From an uncultured bacterium (GTDB lineage: Bacteria; Planctomycetota; Phycisphaerae; SM23-33; FEN-1343): 64,000 nt of DNA. This document shows positions 1-9,260 of this stretch, piece by piece. The notes beneath the pieces were generated by a model, which saw only the letters and a list, made by a program, of their open reading frames with translations, was not told the DNA's origin and did no database searches. Where the stretch lies: NCBI GenBank assembly GCA_965372365.1, contig CBDVCA010000001.1, positions 5,810 to 69,809 of the forward strand, in the 5' to 3' direction. Position 1 is the stretch's first letter. The number at the start of each line of letters is the position of its first letter. The position numbers and the translations under genes were made by a program.

Positions 1-1204
1 CGGCGGAGGCGAATCCGTCGGCCATCCGCACCGCACCCAGCAGCATCCGCCCCGGGGGCGTGTCGGCCAGGGACAACTCCGCTGACGGGGCCGGCAGGCC
101 GGCTTCGGTGAACACTCGATGCAGGGTCTTGGCGTAGGGGTCGATTCGTCGAGCGATGACGGCGATCTGGTCGGCCGCGACGCCGGAGGCCAGCAGGCCC
201 TTGGCCCACCGCGCAATCGCCCGGCACTCGCTGTCGAGCCCGGCCGTTTCGACGGCGGCCAGCCCTTCGGGCCAGTCGGCGGCCGGCGCGATCGGCGCGA
301 ACAGCGTATCGAGCAGCCCGCCGGTGGGTCCGCGGTCGTCGGCAGCCGCGGCCGTCACATGCTGGCACTCGCCGCCGAAGGTCCGCTCGATCCGCTGCAA
401 CTGGCGCGAGGTCCATCGCCACAGCTTTTTCCGCTGGGGCTGGGCGTCATACGGCAGCGTAATCACCAGTCGCTCAAGGTCGGCCGACAGCAAGCGGAGA
501 ATTCCCAACTGCGTCGGCGTAAAATCGGTGAACCCGTCGGCCACCACCGCCGCCACGCCAGTCAGCGGCGAGCGGTCCATCGCCGCCAGATCGTCACGCG
601 CCTGCCACAGGCAGCCTTCTTCGTCGTACAGGGCCGACTCATGAAGATACTCTTGGTACGCTCGATAGATCGTCAGCAGGTCGCGATGCTTGCCCGCCCC
701 GCCGCCGCAGGCCGCGGCCAGGGCGTCGGGCTCGACGGCGGCCCGCTTCAGTTCGGCGACGGCGCGATCGACCGCCACGACCAATCCCGGCGTATCGGCC
801 ACCGCGCCGAGGGCTTCCAGTTCGCCGGCCGCGACCCGGTCGGCGATGATGCCTTTGAGCGCCATCCGCCGATGCACCGGCGAAATCCGCCCATACCCGG
901 CTCCAGCCGCCTCGGAGATGAGCCCCGCCAGGGACGTGAACGTCATCACCGCCGGCGCGACCAGCACCCCCGTCGAGCTCCGCTGGAGCAACCGCCGGCG
1001 AAGCTGCTGCACCGTCAGCCGATTCGGAGCCAGCAACACACATCCGGGGGCGGTCGGGTCGGTGAGGTAGTGCTCGTACAGGGCCAGAGCCGCGTCGGTC
1101 TTCCCCGAGCGAACCGGTCCCGTCACCACCACCGCGCCCGGTCGACAGGCGAGGATGGCCCCCGGCAGATCCCGATGATTCGATGCGTCGCCCATGGGAG
1201 CCAT
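1..1204 (-). CDS. AddB/RexB-like helicase-nuclease (UvrD-like N-terminal ATPase region); partial, 3' end lies outside the window
   Basis: My translation of the minus strand from ATG at 1204 is open to position 1 (not in the ORF track because no stop occurs). It starts MAPMGDASNHRDLPGAILACRPGAVVVTGPVRSGKTDAALALYEHYL, with Walker-A-like GPVRSGKT and helicase-nuclease-like downstream blocks. An in-frame TAA lies 90 nt upstream of the ATG. The + strand ORF 119..1303 is its GC-rich antisense artefact. Confidence 0.5.
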   Translation of the reverse strand, partial: MAPMGDASNHRDLPGAILACRPGAVVVTGPVRSGKTDAALALYEHYLTDPTAPGCVLLAPNRLTVQQLRRRLLQRSSTGVLVAPAVMTFTSLAGLISEAAGAGYGRISPVHRRMALKGIIADRVAAGELEALGAVADTPGLVVAVDRAVAELKRAAVEPDALAAACGGGAGKHRDLLTIYRAYQEYLHESALYDEEGCLWQARDDLAAMDRSPLTGVAAVVADGFTDFTPTQLGILRLLSADLERLVITLPYDAQPQRKKLWRWTSRQLQRIERTFGGECQHVTAAAADDRGPTGGLLDTLFAPIAPAADWPEGLAAVETAGLDSECRAIARWAKGLLASGVAADQIAVIARRIDPYAKTLHRVFTEAGLPAPSAELSLADTPPGRMLLGAVRMADGFASA

Positions 1205-1365
1205 TGTTACCGCGACGGCGGCCGGGCTCAAGAGGCTGTCGAGGCGAACCGGGGCAATCGGCCGGATTTCGCCGAACTTGCTGCTAGTTCCAACCGTTTA
1301 TAACCGATATAGATAAGCGCCCTAAGCCGGCAACGACGACCCGTAGATCATCGGTGGAGATTCAT

Positions 1366-3999
1366 ATGACGGTATCGCCCGCGGCCAACACCTACGAGCA
1401 ACTCGCCGAAGCCTTCGACGCAGCAGGCGTGGTTCGGCCCATGCGGATCGACCGCTATGAGGCCGGAGCCGAGCTGACCTACGCCGTCACCGGCGTCGCG
1501 CCGGCTGCCGAGGCGACCGTGCGACTGGTCATCGACAAGTTCGTCGGCGGCGGATTCGCCGGGCAGGTCTACCGGGTTATCGTCAAAGCCGTCGAAGGCG
1601 GACCCATCGCCGGGCTCAACGCCGGCGACAAGTACGCCATGAAGATCCTGATCCCCCCGTCGGGAGGGTCGATCCGCTTCCGAAACCTCATCTACTGGAT
1701 CGGGTTCCAGGCGCCGTTCTCGCTACAGGTCAACCCCGACGCCGCTCGCTCGGGCGCCTTGTGGCAGAAGTTCATCCGGCGGGCCGCGTCGATCGAATTC
1801 GGCTCCGAGCGAGCCGTGGTCGATATCATGGCCACGTTCGTCGATGAGCGGATGGGCAGTTGCGGGGAGCTCAGCGAATGGCTGGAAGGCCGCAATTGGA
1901 TCTTCGAAGTCGACGACAATCTCGCCGAACGCAAGAAATGGCGCGTCGGCGAGCCGATCGAGCAAGAGGGCCTCGGCGCCCCGGAGTATCGGGCGAAGAA
2001 GGATTTCATGGCCCGGATCGTCAAACTGTTCCACCAGGTGGGCGCCCCGGAGTTGGGTCGTCAGTACGAATGGTGGACCTGCAAGAGCCAGCCCAACTGC
2101 CTCAAGCGGCTCGACAGCGAAGGCGACCCGGCCGCGGGACTGACGGCCGTCGATTTTCGGGCTGGGCTGGCGCTGCTGTGCTGTCTACCGATGAGCCCCG
2201 GCGATATCAAACTGATCGGCGACGGCCTGTTCCAACGCGGCAGCCTCGTGCAGTTCGATCGCGGCAACGTCGACAAACTCCAAACCTACGTCGACGCCCA
2301 CGCCGACACCTTCGCCGACATGGGCGACGCACTCGACGAACTCAAACGCACCGAAGGCGCCTATCGCAACTCGATGATCGACGTCACGCACAACCACGTT
2401 CGCCTGCTGACCAGCGGGAAGTTGTGGGGTTCGATCTTTGACGCCGCGGTGACCAGTTGGCGCGTTCGGTCGATCGCCGACGACGCCTGCTGCGAGAAAC
2501 TCGGCCGCTCGCGAATCCGAACCGCCCTGTTCGCGATGACGGGCCTGTGCATCGCCATGGCCTCGCTGGCGAAGGTGGCCGGCGTGCTGGGGCTGATCGG
2601 CGCCGGCATCGCCGCAATGTTCAGCCGGCAAGGCGAACCGGCCATGACCTGGGCGACCCTCGCGGCCGGCGGACTCGTCGGCGGAATCGTACTGGGGGGC
2701 CTCGCTCGACTGATCCGAGCCGTATGGGGCCGGGCCGACCTGCGAAGCCATTACGGGCGGATGCTCACGTCGCCGGCGTACTTTCAGCGCGCCGCCAAGG
2801 CGCGAATCGCCGAGAACCTCATCACGTGGACCCGCCACGGACGCGTATCGCAAGAACGAGCCCTGCGCGTGAAGACGTCGGTCCTGTTCTACGCGGCCAA
2901 CCTTCCGCTGGCGGTGCTGCCGGCGGGGTTGCATCGGTTCTTCTCCGATGCGAAATTCGCCGCGTCCAAGCTGCATTACATCGTCACGCGACCGTTCAAA
3001 CTGTACTTCAACGCCGATGTCCGCGAGCAATGGATGCTGGAAATGCTCGATGACGGGCTCGCACATGGGATGGTCAGCGCCGACGAGGCCGAGACGATCC
3101 GTGGGCAGTTGAGCGAGCCGTTCATTCAGAAATACCTCAAGAGCCTCGCCGTCCACGTCTGCACGCTGCCGGTAACGCAGATCGTCTCGGTGGCCGTCGC
3201 GATCTTCTACTGGGACGGCGCCCTGTCGCCGAAACAGAACCTCGTGCGGGCCGTCGCCATCCTCGCGGCCTTCCAGGTGACGCCGATCTCCCCGGGCTCC
3301 ATCGTCCGCGGGCTGTACGTGGTGGCGATGGTCATCAAGGACCGCAATTACAAAGACTACAAAATCGCCGTGTGGATGGGCTTCTGGAAGTACATCGGAT
3401 ACCTGTCGTTCCCGATCCAGATGGCGTATCACTACCCGGCGATCGCCCGGTTCATGGCGGGCCGCTTCTCCACCGAGGCGGTGCACATTCTGCCGGTCTT
3501 CGGCGAGCACGGCGCCCTGGCCGAGCACGCGGTGTTCGACCTGTTCTACAACCGCCCCCTCACGATTCGCCGGCAGATGACCCTTCGCGCCGAGCAGCGA
3601 AAATCGCTCAAACCGCGACGGTGGCACATGCCGCTGATCGCCCTGGCGGCCTGGATCGTTGTGGCGCAGATGCCCGCCTGGATCGCCACACTCGGCGGCC
3701 GGCCGCTCGCCCAGCCGATCGTCGGAGGGTGGATGATGGCCCTGGCGGCGGTGCTCGGGGGGCTATGGACCTGCCGGCTCGCCGCTGGCGCATCCACCGG
3801 ATCGCGGATCACCATGGGCGCACTGTGCGGGCTGCTGATCGCCGCGTTCACCATCACAGCGAGCGTACTGTGGCCGATTGCCGGTGTGGCGAGTCTCTCC
3901 GAATCGATCGCCATCGCCCTCGTGCCGGCCTTCCTCTCAACACTGCTCGGGCTGCTGGCGGCGCTATCGACGGAGCTGTCGGCGACCGAAACGAACTGA
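1366..3999 (+). CDS. Large membrane protein: N-terminal protein-kinase-like domain fused to a polytopic (10 or more TM) C-terminal region; function unknown
   Basis: ORF track 1354(GTG)..3999; ATG at 1366 is preceded by GGTGGAG 6 nt upstream. Gly-rich loop plus lysine motif VIDKFVGGGFAGQVYRV...KYAMKIL, a KSQPNCL catalytic-loop-like segment without the canonical HRD Asp, and VDFRAG (DFG-like). After about aa 400 there are many long hydrophobic helices. Confidence 0.6.
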   Translation: MTVSPAANTYEQLAEAFDAAGVVRPMRIDRYEAGAELTYAVTGVAPAAEATVRLVIDKFVGGGFAGQVYRVIVKAVEGGPIAGLNAGDKYAMKILIPPSGGSIRFRNLIYWIGFQAPFSLQVNPDAARSGALWQKFIRRAASIEFGSERAVVDIMATFVDERMGSCGELSEWLEGRNWIFEVDDNLAERKKWRVGEPIEQEGLGAPEYRAKKDFMARIVKLFHQVGAPELGRQYEWWTCKSQPNCLKRLDSEGDPAAGLTAVDFRAGLALLCCLPMSPGDIKLIGDGLFQRGSLVQFDRGNVDKLQTYVDAHADTFADMGDALDELKRTEGAYRNSMIDVTHNHVRLLTSGKLWGSIFDAAVTSWRVRSIADDACCEKLGRSRIRTALFAMTGLCIAMASLAKVAGVLGLIGAGIAAMFSRQGEPAMTWATLAAGGLVGGIVLGGLARLIRAVWGRADLRSHYGRMLTSPAYFQRAAKARIAENLITWTRHGRVSQERALRVKTSVLFYAANLPLAVLPAGLHRFFSDAKFAASKLHYIVTRPFKLYFNADVREQWMLEMLDDGLAHGMVSADEAETIRGQLSEPFIQKYLKSLAVHVCTLPVTQIVSVAVAIFYWDGALSPKQNLVRAVAILAAFQVTPISPGSIVRGLYVVAMVIKDRNYKDYKIAVWMGFWKYIGYLSFPIQMAYHYPAIARFMAGRFSTEAVHILPVFGEHGALAEHAVFDLFYNRPLTIRRQMTLRAEQRKSLKPRRWHMPLIALAAWIVVAQMPAWIATLGGRPLAQPIVGGWMMALAAVLGGLWTCRLAAGASTGSRITMGALCGLLIAAFTITASVLWPIAGVASLSESIAIALVPAFLSTLLGLLAALSTELSATETN

Positions 4000-4103
4000 T
4001 GTCCTCCCCACGCACAGAAGCCATACGCTCGCGCGGACTATGCCCATGTGAGGTTCATCCGCGATTCGTGGGGAGTCCTTCCGATGAGCGCCCGCCGTTA
4101 CTA

Positions 4104-4264
4104 GTACTCTGTCACACCAAAACCTGCTAGGTCCGCGCCGTGCCGGATGGTCAGATGCAAGGAAGAAAGACGATGGCATATTCGAGGATATGCCGAGTTT
4201 TTCTGACGAAGCAGATGACCGTTCGCCACAAGCGGAGTTAGTAGGTTTTGGTGTGACAGAGTAC
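4104..4264 (+). mobile_element. MITE-a copy 1: 161-bp non-autonomous element with about 40-bp imperfect terminal inverted repeats (gtactctgtcacaccaaaacct...), flanked by TA (4102-4103 and 4265-4266)
   Basis: Seen in sequence: termini gtactctgtcacaccaaaacct / aggttttggtgtgacagagtac. Central core gatgcaaggaagaaagacgatggcatattcgaggatatgccgagtttttctgacgaagcagatgac is shared with the copy at 12562..12724. No ORF. Confidence 0.75.
4175..4202 (+). terminator. Terminator-like hairpin plus U-run inside MITE-a copy 1 (ggcatat-tcgagg-atatgcc gag ttttt)
   Basis: 7-bp stem and T5 run lying 176 nt downstream of the + strand kinase-like gene. The same motif is in copy 2 in the orientation of local transcription. 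The stem is AT-rich and weak. Confidence 0.3.
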
Positions 4265-4266
4265 TA

Positions 4267-4400
4267 GCCCCCCGCAGTGCGGGGGGTCGAGACGGGAGCG
4301 AACGGACAGAATGCGGATCGAGCTTTCGGTTTCCGCCGATCAGCGTTACATCCACAATAGGAATACCATCCGTCCCCATACCCCCTGCACTGCAGGGGGC
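4267..4400. mobile_element. Element Y: 134-bp TA-flanked element with 14-bp TIRs (gccccccgcagtgc / gcactgcagggggc), each terminus itself a GC hairpin; abuts MITE-a copy 1
   Basis: TA at 4265-4266 and 4401-4402. The outer flanks gccgttac (4094-4101) and gtaacggc (4403-4410) are reverse complements, implying a palindromic target gccgttacTAgtaacggc. Confidence 0.5.
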
Positions 4401-4511
4401 TAGTAACGGCAAGCTTCCGGCGGAGAGAACTCCCCGCTACTCCGTCATGGATCAGAAGAAACGCCGGCGACCCCCCCCAGCGGGGCGATCGCCGGCGGTG
4501 CGTGCGGTGTA

Positions 4512-6074
4512 TTAGAAGTCGGCCAGGCCGGACTCACCCGCTGCAACAGTCGATTTGGCCGTCGAAGCCGCAGGCGTCTGAGCGATCATGTGCCAAGGGT
4601 CGTCGCTGCCGGAGGAGGCCGGGACCGCTCCCGCCGCCGAATCGCTTCCGTCGACCAGTTGGGCCAGTAGGCGGACCTGCCCGGTCATCGCGACGGCCTG
4701 GGCGTCCAGTTCTTCAGCAGCCGAGGCCGACTCTTCGGCGTTAGCGGCATTGGCTTGGGTGCTCTGATCGAGTTGGGTTACGATCTCGTTGATCTGCTCG
4801 ATGCCTTGGGCCTGTTCGACCGTCGCATCGGAGATCTCGCCGATCAGGGTGTCCACTTTGCGAACACCGTCGGCGACGTCGGCCAACGACTCTCCCACCG
4901 ACCGGGTGATTTCCACGCCGCGATCGGCGTTGCGAGCGGACTTCTCGATCATCGAAGCGGTGTTCCTGGCCGCCTCGGCGCTTCGCTGAGCGAGGTTGCG
5001 AACTTCCTCGGCGACCACGGCGAACCCCTTGCCGGCCTCACCGGCCCGAGCGGCCTCGACCGCGGCGTTCAACGCCAATAGATTGGTCTGGAAGGCGATC
5101 TCATCGATCGTCTTGATAATCCGGCCGGTTTCGTCGGAGGACTTCTTGATGTCATCAATCGCGGTGGTCATCTTCGTCATCGCCTCGGCGCTCTGTTCGG
5201 CGGTGGAACTGACTTGGGCGGTAACTTCCTGGGCGAGCTTGGCGTTGTCTGCGTTCTGCTTGCATGACGCGGACATCTGCTCGGCGCCGGCCGACGCCTG
5301 CTCGAACGAGGCCGCCTGCTCGGAAGTCTGCTGGGCCAACGACTGGCTCGCTGTCGCCACTTGGCTGCTGGCCTCGCCGACCTGGGCGGAGCCCTCATTC
5401 AGGTTGGCAATGATCTTCCGCAGGGTCTTGGAGACGCCTCGGGCGATAATCGTCGCGATCACAACGCCTGTGACAATGGCGATGATCGATGCGACGGTCA
5501 CGATCAGCCGCGTCGACGACGCTTGGGCGAACACGTCGGCGTTGACCTGGTCGGCTGTCTCCTCTAGATGCGAGTTGGCGCCGTCCAGAAGCTTCTGGAG
5601 CTTGGCGAGCGTCGGCAGCGTCCGGGTCTGGAACGCATTCCTCGCCAGTTCCATGCCGTCAGCGCCTTGGGCGGCGTGCCCTTGAATTTCGATCGCCGAC
5701 TCATGCAGCGTCGCGTGATAACCTTCGACTTCCGACAGGATCGGCGCCAGAGCGGGCGCCAACGCCTCCGAATCCTTGCGATCGGGGCCGTAGAGCCACT
5801 TGCCCAGCGCGCACTTGTGATCGTCGGTCTGGACGTCCACCTGCGTAACCTCGTCGTCGGTGAACAGGGCGCTGACCTTGGCCGTCCAGTTGAGATGATC
5901 CACCTTCCTGCACAGCAATTCGGCATTCAACTTGCCTACGTCAATCGACGTAGTCACCCCACCTCGCATGCCATTGACGCCATAGACGGCGGCGCCGGCC
6001 AACACGACCAGCAGGGCGAGCACCGTAGCGAACCCCAGTCCGATCTTCTTCCCGACAGTTAGCTGCTTGAACAT
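4512..6074 (-). CDS. Methyl-accepting chemotaxis protein with an inter-TM CZB-like (zinc-binding) sensor motif, HAMP and MCP signalling domain
   Basis: Start at internal Met [10 protein letters not shown] with GAGAGG 6 nt upstream. TM1 [23 protein letters not shown]-like H-x2-W (DHLNW), 24 aa, CALGKW, 26 aa, HATLH. TM2 [25 protein letters not shown] core [38 protein letters not shown]. Confidence 0.85.
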   Translation of the reverse strand: MFKQLTVGKKIGLGFATVLALLVVLAGAAVYGVNGMRGGVTTSIDVGKLNAELLCRKVDHLNWTAKVSALFTDDEVTQVDVQTDDHKCALGKWLYGPDRKDSEALAPALAPILSEVEGYHATLHESAIEIQGHAAQGADGMELARNAFQTRTLPTLAKLQKLLDGANSHLEETADQVNADVFAQASSTRLIVTVASIIAIVTGVVIATIIARGVSKTLRKIIANLNEGSAQVGEASSQVATASQSLAQQTSEQAASFEQASAGAEQMSASCKQNADNAKLAQEVTAQVSSTAEQSAEAMTKMTTAIDDIKKSSDETGRIIKTIDEIAFQTNLLALNAAVEAARAGEAGKGFAVVAEEVRNLAQRSAEAARNTASMIEKSARNADRGVEITRSVGESLADVADGVRKVDTLIGEISDATVEQAQGIEQINEIVTQLDQSTQANAANAEESASAAEELDAQAVAMTGQVRLLAQLVDGSDSAAGAVPASSGSDDPWHMIAQTPAASTAKSTVAAGESGLADF

Positions 6075-6400
6075 ACTGGACCTCTCGAAATGCGAGACGC
6101 TGGGCGCGCCTCTGGGCAATTATGAATTCGCCGCATGGTTGTTCCGGACAGTCGCGGCGGCTGGCACAGTCGCATCAGAGAACCGGCGACAAGCCGACAG
6201 TAATGCCTGCATTCCGGGCAGGCGCAGGCTTGTCTTTGGCGAAACTACCGGGACGAGGTGAAACTCCTGGCTTCCAGATCACATATCATTCCAAGCTCCC
6301 CGCCGAGCGGGATGAGCCTATCTAGATAGCGACAGAATTGTCGTTCGACTTGAGCTGTACTCCGGCTCTGGAGCCATTCACGATTGAGATGCGGGAACCG

Positions 6401-6475
6401 AGCATGAGCGAGAACGAACGTGGCGCGGACGTAACAGCAGCCATAGCAACGCTATGGCGATACCGCAGCCGGCTT
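6401..6475 (+). repeat. Conserved hairpin module, copy A (GAGCGAGAACGAACGTGGCG...GACGTAACAGCAGCCATAGC-aac-GCTATGGCGATACC)
   Basis: Homologous to the copies at 11941..12030 and 12433..12505. Perfect 8-bp stem 6440..6458 with loop aac. Lies in the 480-bp MCP/pgpA intergenic region. Confidence 0.6.
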
Positions 6476-6557
6476 GGACCCATCGGTCAATCGCGCACCG
6501 CTCTAATAGAGATTTATTCCAACGGCAATGGCCCTACCCCCCATCCGGCGGCCCGCA

Positions 6558-7043
6558 CTAAACGACAAATCGCACGATCATCTGAGCGGCGATGTTGGCG
6601 TAGACGCCCGCGGCTAGATCGTCGCACAGTACACCCCATCCGGCGGGGAGTTTCTCCAACTGCCGCGCCGGCGTTGGTTTGAGGATATCAAATACGCGGA
6701 ACGCCACGAACGCCACACCCGCGGCTGTCAGGGCGCCGCCAACGCCGGCGGCCGGAAGAGCGATCAACGCCACCGCCTGTCCGGCCCATTCGTCGATCGT
6801 GACCTGGCCGGGATCTTTCTTGCCGAAGTGACGCTCAGCGAACGGCCCCAGGGCCACGCAGATGACGCTGCTGACCACCACCACCAAGACCATCGCGGCG
6901 TCAACCGCATACGAACGCTCGCCGTCGATCCGGCCGATCAGCAGATACAACGCGACCACCACCGCCGAGCCCCACGTGCCCGGTGCGATCGGCAGATACC
7001 CGGTCCCCAGGCCGGTCACCGCCAGCGTCTTGAGCCTATCCAC
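6558..7043 (-). CDS. pgpA: Phosphatidylglycerophosphatase A
   Basis: GTGYLPIAPGTWGS, TIDEWAGQ, FRVFDILKP...LPAGWGVLCDDLAAG motifs. Confidence 0.85.
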   Translation of the reverse strand: MDRLKTLAVTGLGTGYLPIAPGTWGSAVVVALYLLIGRIDGERSYAVDAAMVLVVVVSSVICVALGPFAERHFGKKDPGQVTIDEWAGQAVALIALPAAGVGGALTAAGVAFVAFRVFDILKPTPARQLEKLPAGWGVLCDDLAAGVYANIAAQMIVRFVV

Positions 7044-7695
7044 GGGTCGCCTCCACCAGCAACTTGCGAGCCCGACCCACGTAGGTGAGCCCGCTGAGAA
7101 TCGTGACGATGACGGTTCCCCACACCAGGGCGATCTTCAGAACCACCGCCCACGCCGCCTCCGGCAGCAGGGCGACCTGGAAGAGAACAACGCAGATCGC
7201 CGTACTCTGAACGGCCATCTTGATTTTACCCATCGACGTCGCCGGGAACGCCAGTCCCTGGCTCTCGCTAAAGCCGCGAATGCCCGAAACGATGAACTCC
7301 CGGGCGATCAGCACCACCACCATCCACGCCTGCACGGCGCTGGCCATACCGCCGTGGAGCCAGGGGGACATCGTCCGCTCCAGTTCGCTGGTGGCCTCGC
7401 CGCCGGGGAAGACGAAGTTGCTCCCCGAAAGCAGCGCGTAGGCGCCGCAGACGATGACCTTGTCGACGAACGGGTCGGCGATCCGCCCGAACGCGCTGGT
7501 TACGTTCCACTTGCGGGCCAGGTAGCCGTCGAGGATATCGGTAAGAGCCGCGATGATGAAGATCACGAACGCCGCCATCAGCAGCCCGACGTCGGGCTCT
7601 GGAACGATGTCGGCGACGGCCAGCAGCGAGAAGAAGACAATCGCCAGGACCAATCGGCCCAGCGTGATCTGGTTGGGCAATTTCGGATACACCAT
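7036..7695 (-). CDS. pgsA: CDP-diacylglycerol--glycerol-3-phosphate 3-phosphatidyltransferase
   Basis: CDP-alcohol phosphatidyltransferase motif DILDGYLARKWNVTSAFGRIADPFVDK. I chose Met MVYPKLPNQITLGR (7695) because GGTGGA lies 6 nt upstream; the track ORF extends to 7722. Overlaps pgpA by 8 nt. Confidence 0.85.
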   Translation of the reverse strand: MVYPKLPNQITLGRLVLAIVFFSLLAVADIVPEPDVGLLMAAFVIFIIAALTDILDGYLARKWNVTSAFGRIADPFVDKVIVCGAYALLSGSNFVFPGGEATSELERTMSPWLHGGMASAVQAWMVVVLIAREFIVSGIRGFSESQGLAFPATSMGKIKMAVQSTAICVVLFQVALLPEAAWAVVLKIALVWGTVIVTILSGLTYVGRARKLLVEATRG

Positions 7696-7725
7696 CGCTG
7701 TCCACCCATCAAGGGCCGCCAAGTC

Positions 7726-9096
7726 TTATCGGCGGCGGCGTTTGCGTCGCGAGGCCGCCTTCGAAGGCGTTACGATCAGGTCGTACTCGCTGTACTCGGC
7801 CACGGTCGCTCGCACAAAGGCTCCCGCCGGAGCCGGGTCGGTCAGGTAGCACACACTGTCGACGTCGGGCGCCTGTCCGGCGTGCCTGCCGACACAATAC
7901 CCGTTGGAATCGACGCCGTCGACCATTACCTCGATCGACTTTCCGATACGGGCGGCGTTGGCGGCCAGCGCGATCTCCTGCTGGGCGAGCATCAACTCCT
8001 CCACCCGCTTGGCGGCCACCTCCGGATCGACCGCCCCGTCCATCTTCGCGGCCGCCGTGCCGGGCTCGGGGGAGAAGGCGAACACCCCCATCGCGTCGAA
8101 GCGGGCCGCCTCCACAAACGCCAGCAACCGCCGATACTCGGCGTCGGTCTCGCCGGGGAACCCCACAATGAACGTCGTCCGAATCGTCATATCCTCAACG
8201 CGGCTGCGGAGCCGCTCGATGAGCCGCTCGGTTTCGGCCTCGCTCGTCCGGCGCCGCATTCGCTTCAGCACGCCGTCGGCCACATGCTGCAGCGGCACGT
8301 CGATGTACTTGACGACCTTCTCGCACTCGGCGATCGCGTCGATGATCTCGTCGGTCACCAGCGACGGATACGCGTACATCAGGCGGATCCACCGCACGCG
8401 ATCCAGCCCGTTGAGTTCGGCCAGCAGCCCGGCCAGGCCGGCGTCGTAGCCGATATCCCCGCCATAGCTGGTCGTATCCTGACCGATCAGATTCAATTCG
8501 ACCGCCCCGTCGGCGATCAACTCGGCCGCTTCGGCCATGATGCGGTCGATCGGCTTGGAGCGGAACGGGCCGCGAATAGCGGGGATGGTGCAGAAGCTGC
8601 ACCCTTGGCCGCAGCCCTCGCTGATACGCAGATACGCCGTATGCGCCGGCGTCAATCGCAGCCGCGACGTGTCGTCGCCGACCGCCGGACTGTCGGCGCT
8701 GCGCCGATACGCATCGACCGCCGTAACCTCCGTCGTCGCCGTCACCGCCTCGACCAGATCGGCGCGATTGTTCACCCCCACCACCGCGTCGACACCCGGC
8801 AAGGCCCGGCGTAACTCGTCGCCGTCCCGCTGGGCCATGCACCCGACGACGACCACCCGACGGACCGATCCGGCTTCCTTCATCGCCAGCGCTTCGGCGA
8901 TAACTTCGGTCGATTCGTCCCGCGCCGAGGCGAGAAACCCGCAGGTGTTCACGATAATCACGTTCGCTTGGTCCGCGTCGGCGCCCACGATGCAGCCGGC
9001 CTCGGCCAATAGGCCGAGCATCTTCTCGCTGTCGACGAGGTTCTTCGGACAGCCCAGCGAAATCAGGTTGACGATTGTCGGTTCTTCATTACTCAT
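7726..9096 (-). CDS. rimO: Ribosomal protein S12 methylthiotransferase (radical SAM MTTase plus TRAM domain)
   Basis: N-terminal ISLGCPKNLVDSE, radical-SAM CxxxCxxC (EGCGQGCSFCTIP), C-terminal TRAM-like region. Confidence 0.8.
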   Translation of the reverse strand: MSNEEPTIVNLISLGCPKNLVDSEKMLGLLAEAGCIVGADADQANVIIVNTCGFLASARDESTEVIAEALAMKEAGSVRRVVVVGCMAQRDGDELRRALPGVDAVVGVNNRADLVEAVTATTEVTAVDAYRRSADSPAVGDDTSRLRLTPAHTAYLRISEGCGQGCSFCTIPAIRGPFRSKPIDRIMAEAAELIADGAVELNLIGQDTTSYGGDIGYDAGLAGLLAELNGLDRVRWIRLMYAYPSLVTDEIIDAIAECEKVVKYIDVPLQHVADGVLKRMRRRTSEAETERLIERLRSRVEDMTIRTTFIVGFPGETDAEYRRLLAFVEAARFDAMGVFAFSPEPGTAAAKMDGAVDPEVAAKRVEELMLAQQEIALAANAARIGKSIEVMVDGVDSNGYCVGRHAGQAPDVDSVCYLTDPAPAGAFVRATVAEYSEYDLIVTPSKAASRRKRRRR

Positions 9097-9111
9097 AGAC
9101 CCGTTATTCTA

Positions 9112-9229
9112 CCAACTCGGCCCCGCCAAAGGAACCGGGCCGAGCCGACCGGATTTTCGCCTCGAGTTCCCACTCGGCCCCGCCAAAGGAACCGGGCCGA
9201 GCCGACCGGATTCTCCCCTTCGAGTTCCC
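9112..9229. repeat. Two tandem copies of a 58-59 bp unit, each with an 8-bp GC stem (ctcggccc...gggccgag) and 13-nt loop cgccaaaggaacc, in the divergent rimO/dus promoter region
   Basis: Units at about 9112..9171 and 9170..9229 are about 93% identical. Hairpins at 9117..9145 and 9173..9201. The minus ORF 9104..9487 translates the repeats (SARPGSFGGAE twice) and is not a gene. Confidence 0.7.
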
Positions 9230-9260
9230 CCCCCCTCCGCCGGCTGCTATACTATCGGCA

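Noticed and set aside
119-1303. 394-aa + strand ORF, plus 156..644 and 690..1070
   Set aside because: Arg/Gly/Pro-rich and low-complexity. It is exactly antisense to a well-formed minus-strand AddB-like reading frame with a Walker A motif. Typical GC-rich shadow ORF.
6338-6682. ORFs 6338..6682, 11731..12375 and 12420..12752 encoding an apparently conserved peptide (SENERG.DV.AAIA.LWR)
   Set aside because: Conservation continues at the nucleotide level across a 15-nt internal duplication (copy B) and a 1-nt loop-length change (copy C) that shift the frame. The conserved unit is a DNA/RNA hairpin module, not a protein. ORF 6338..6682 would also overlap the pgpA 3' end.
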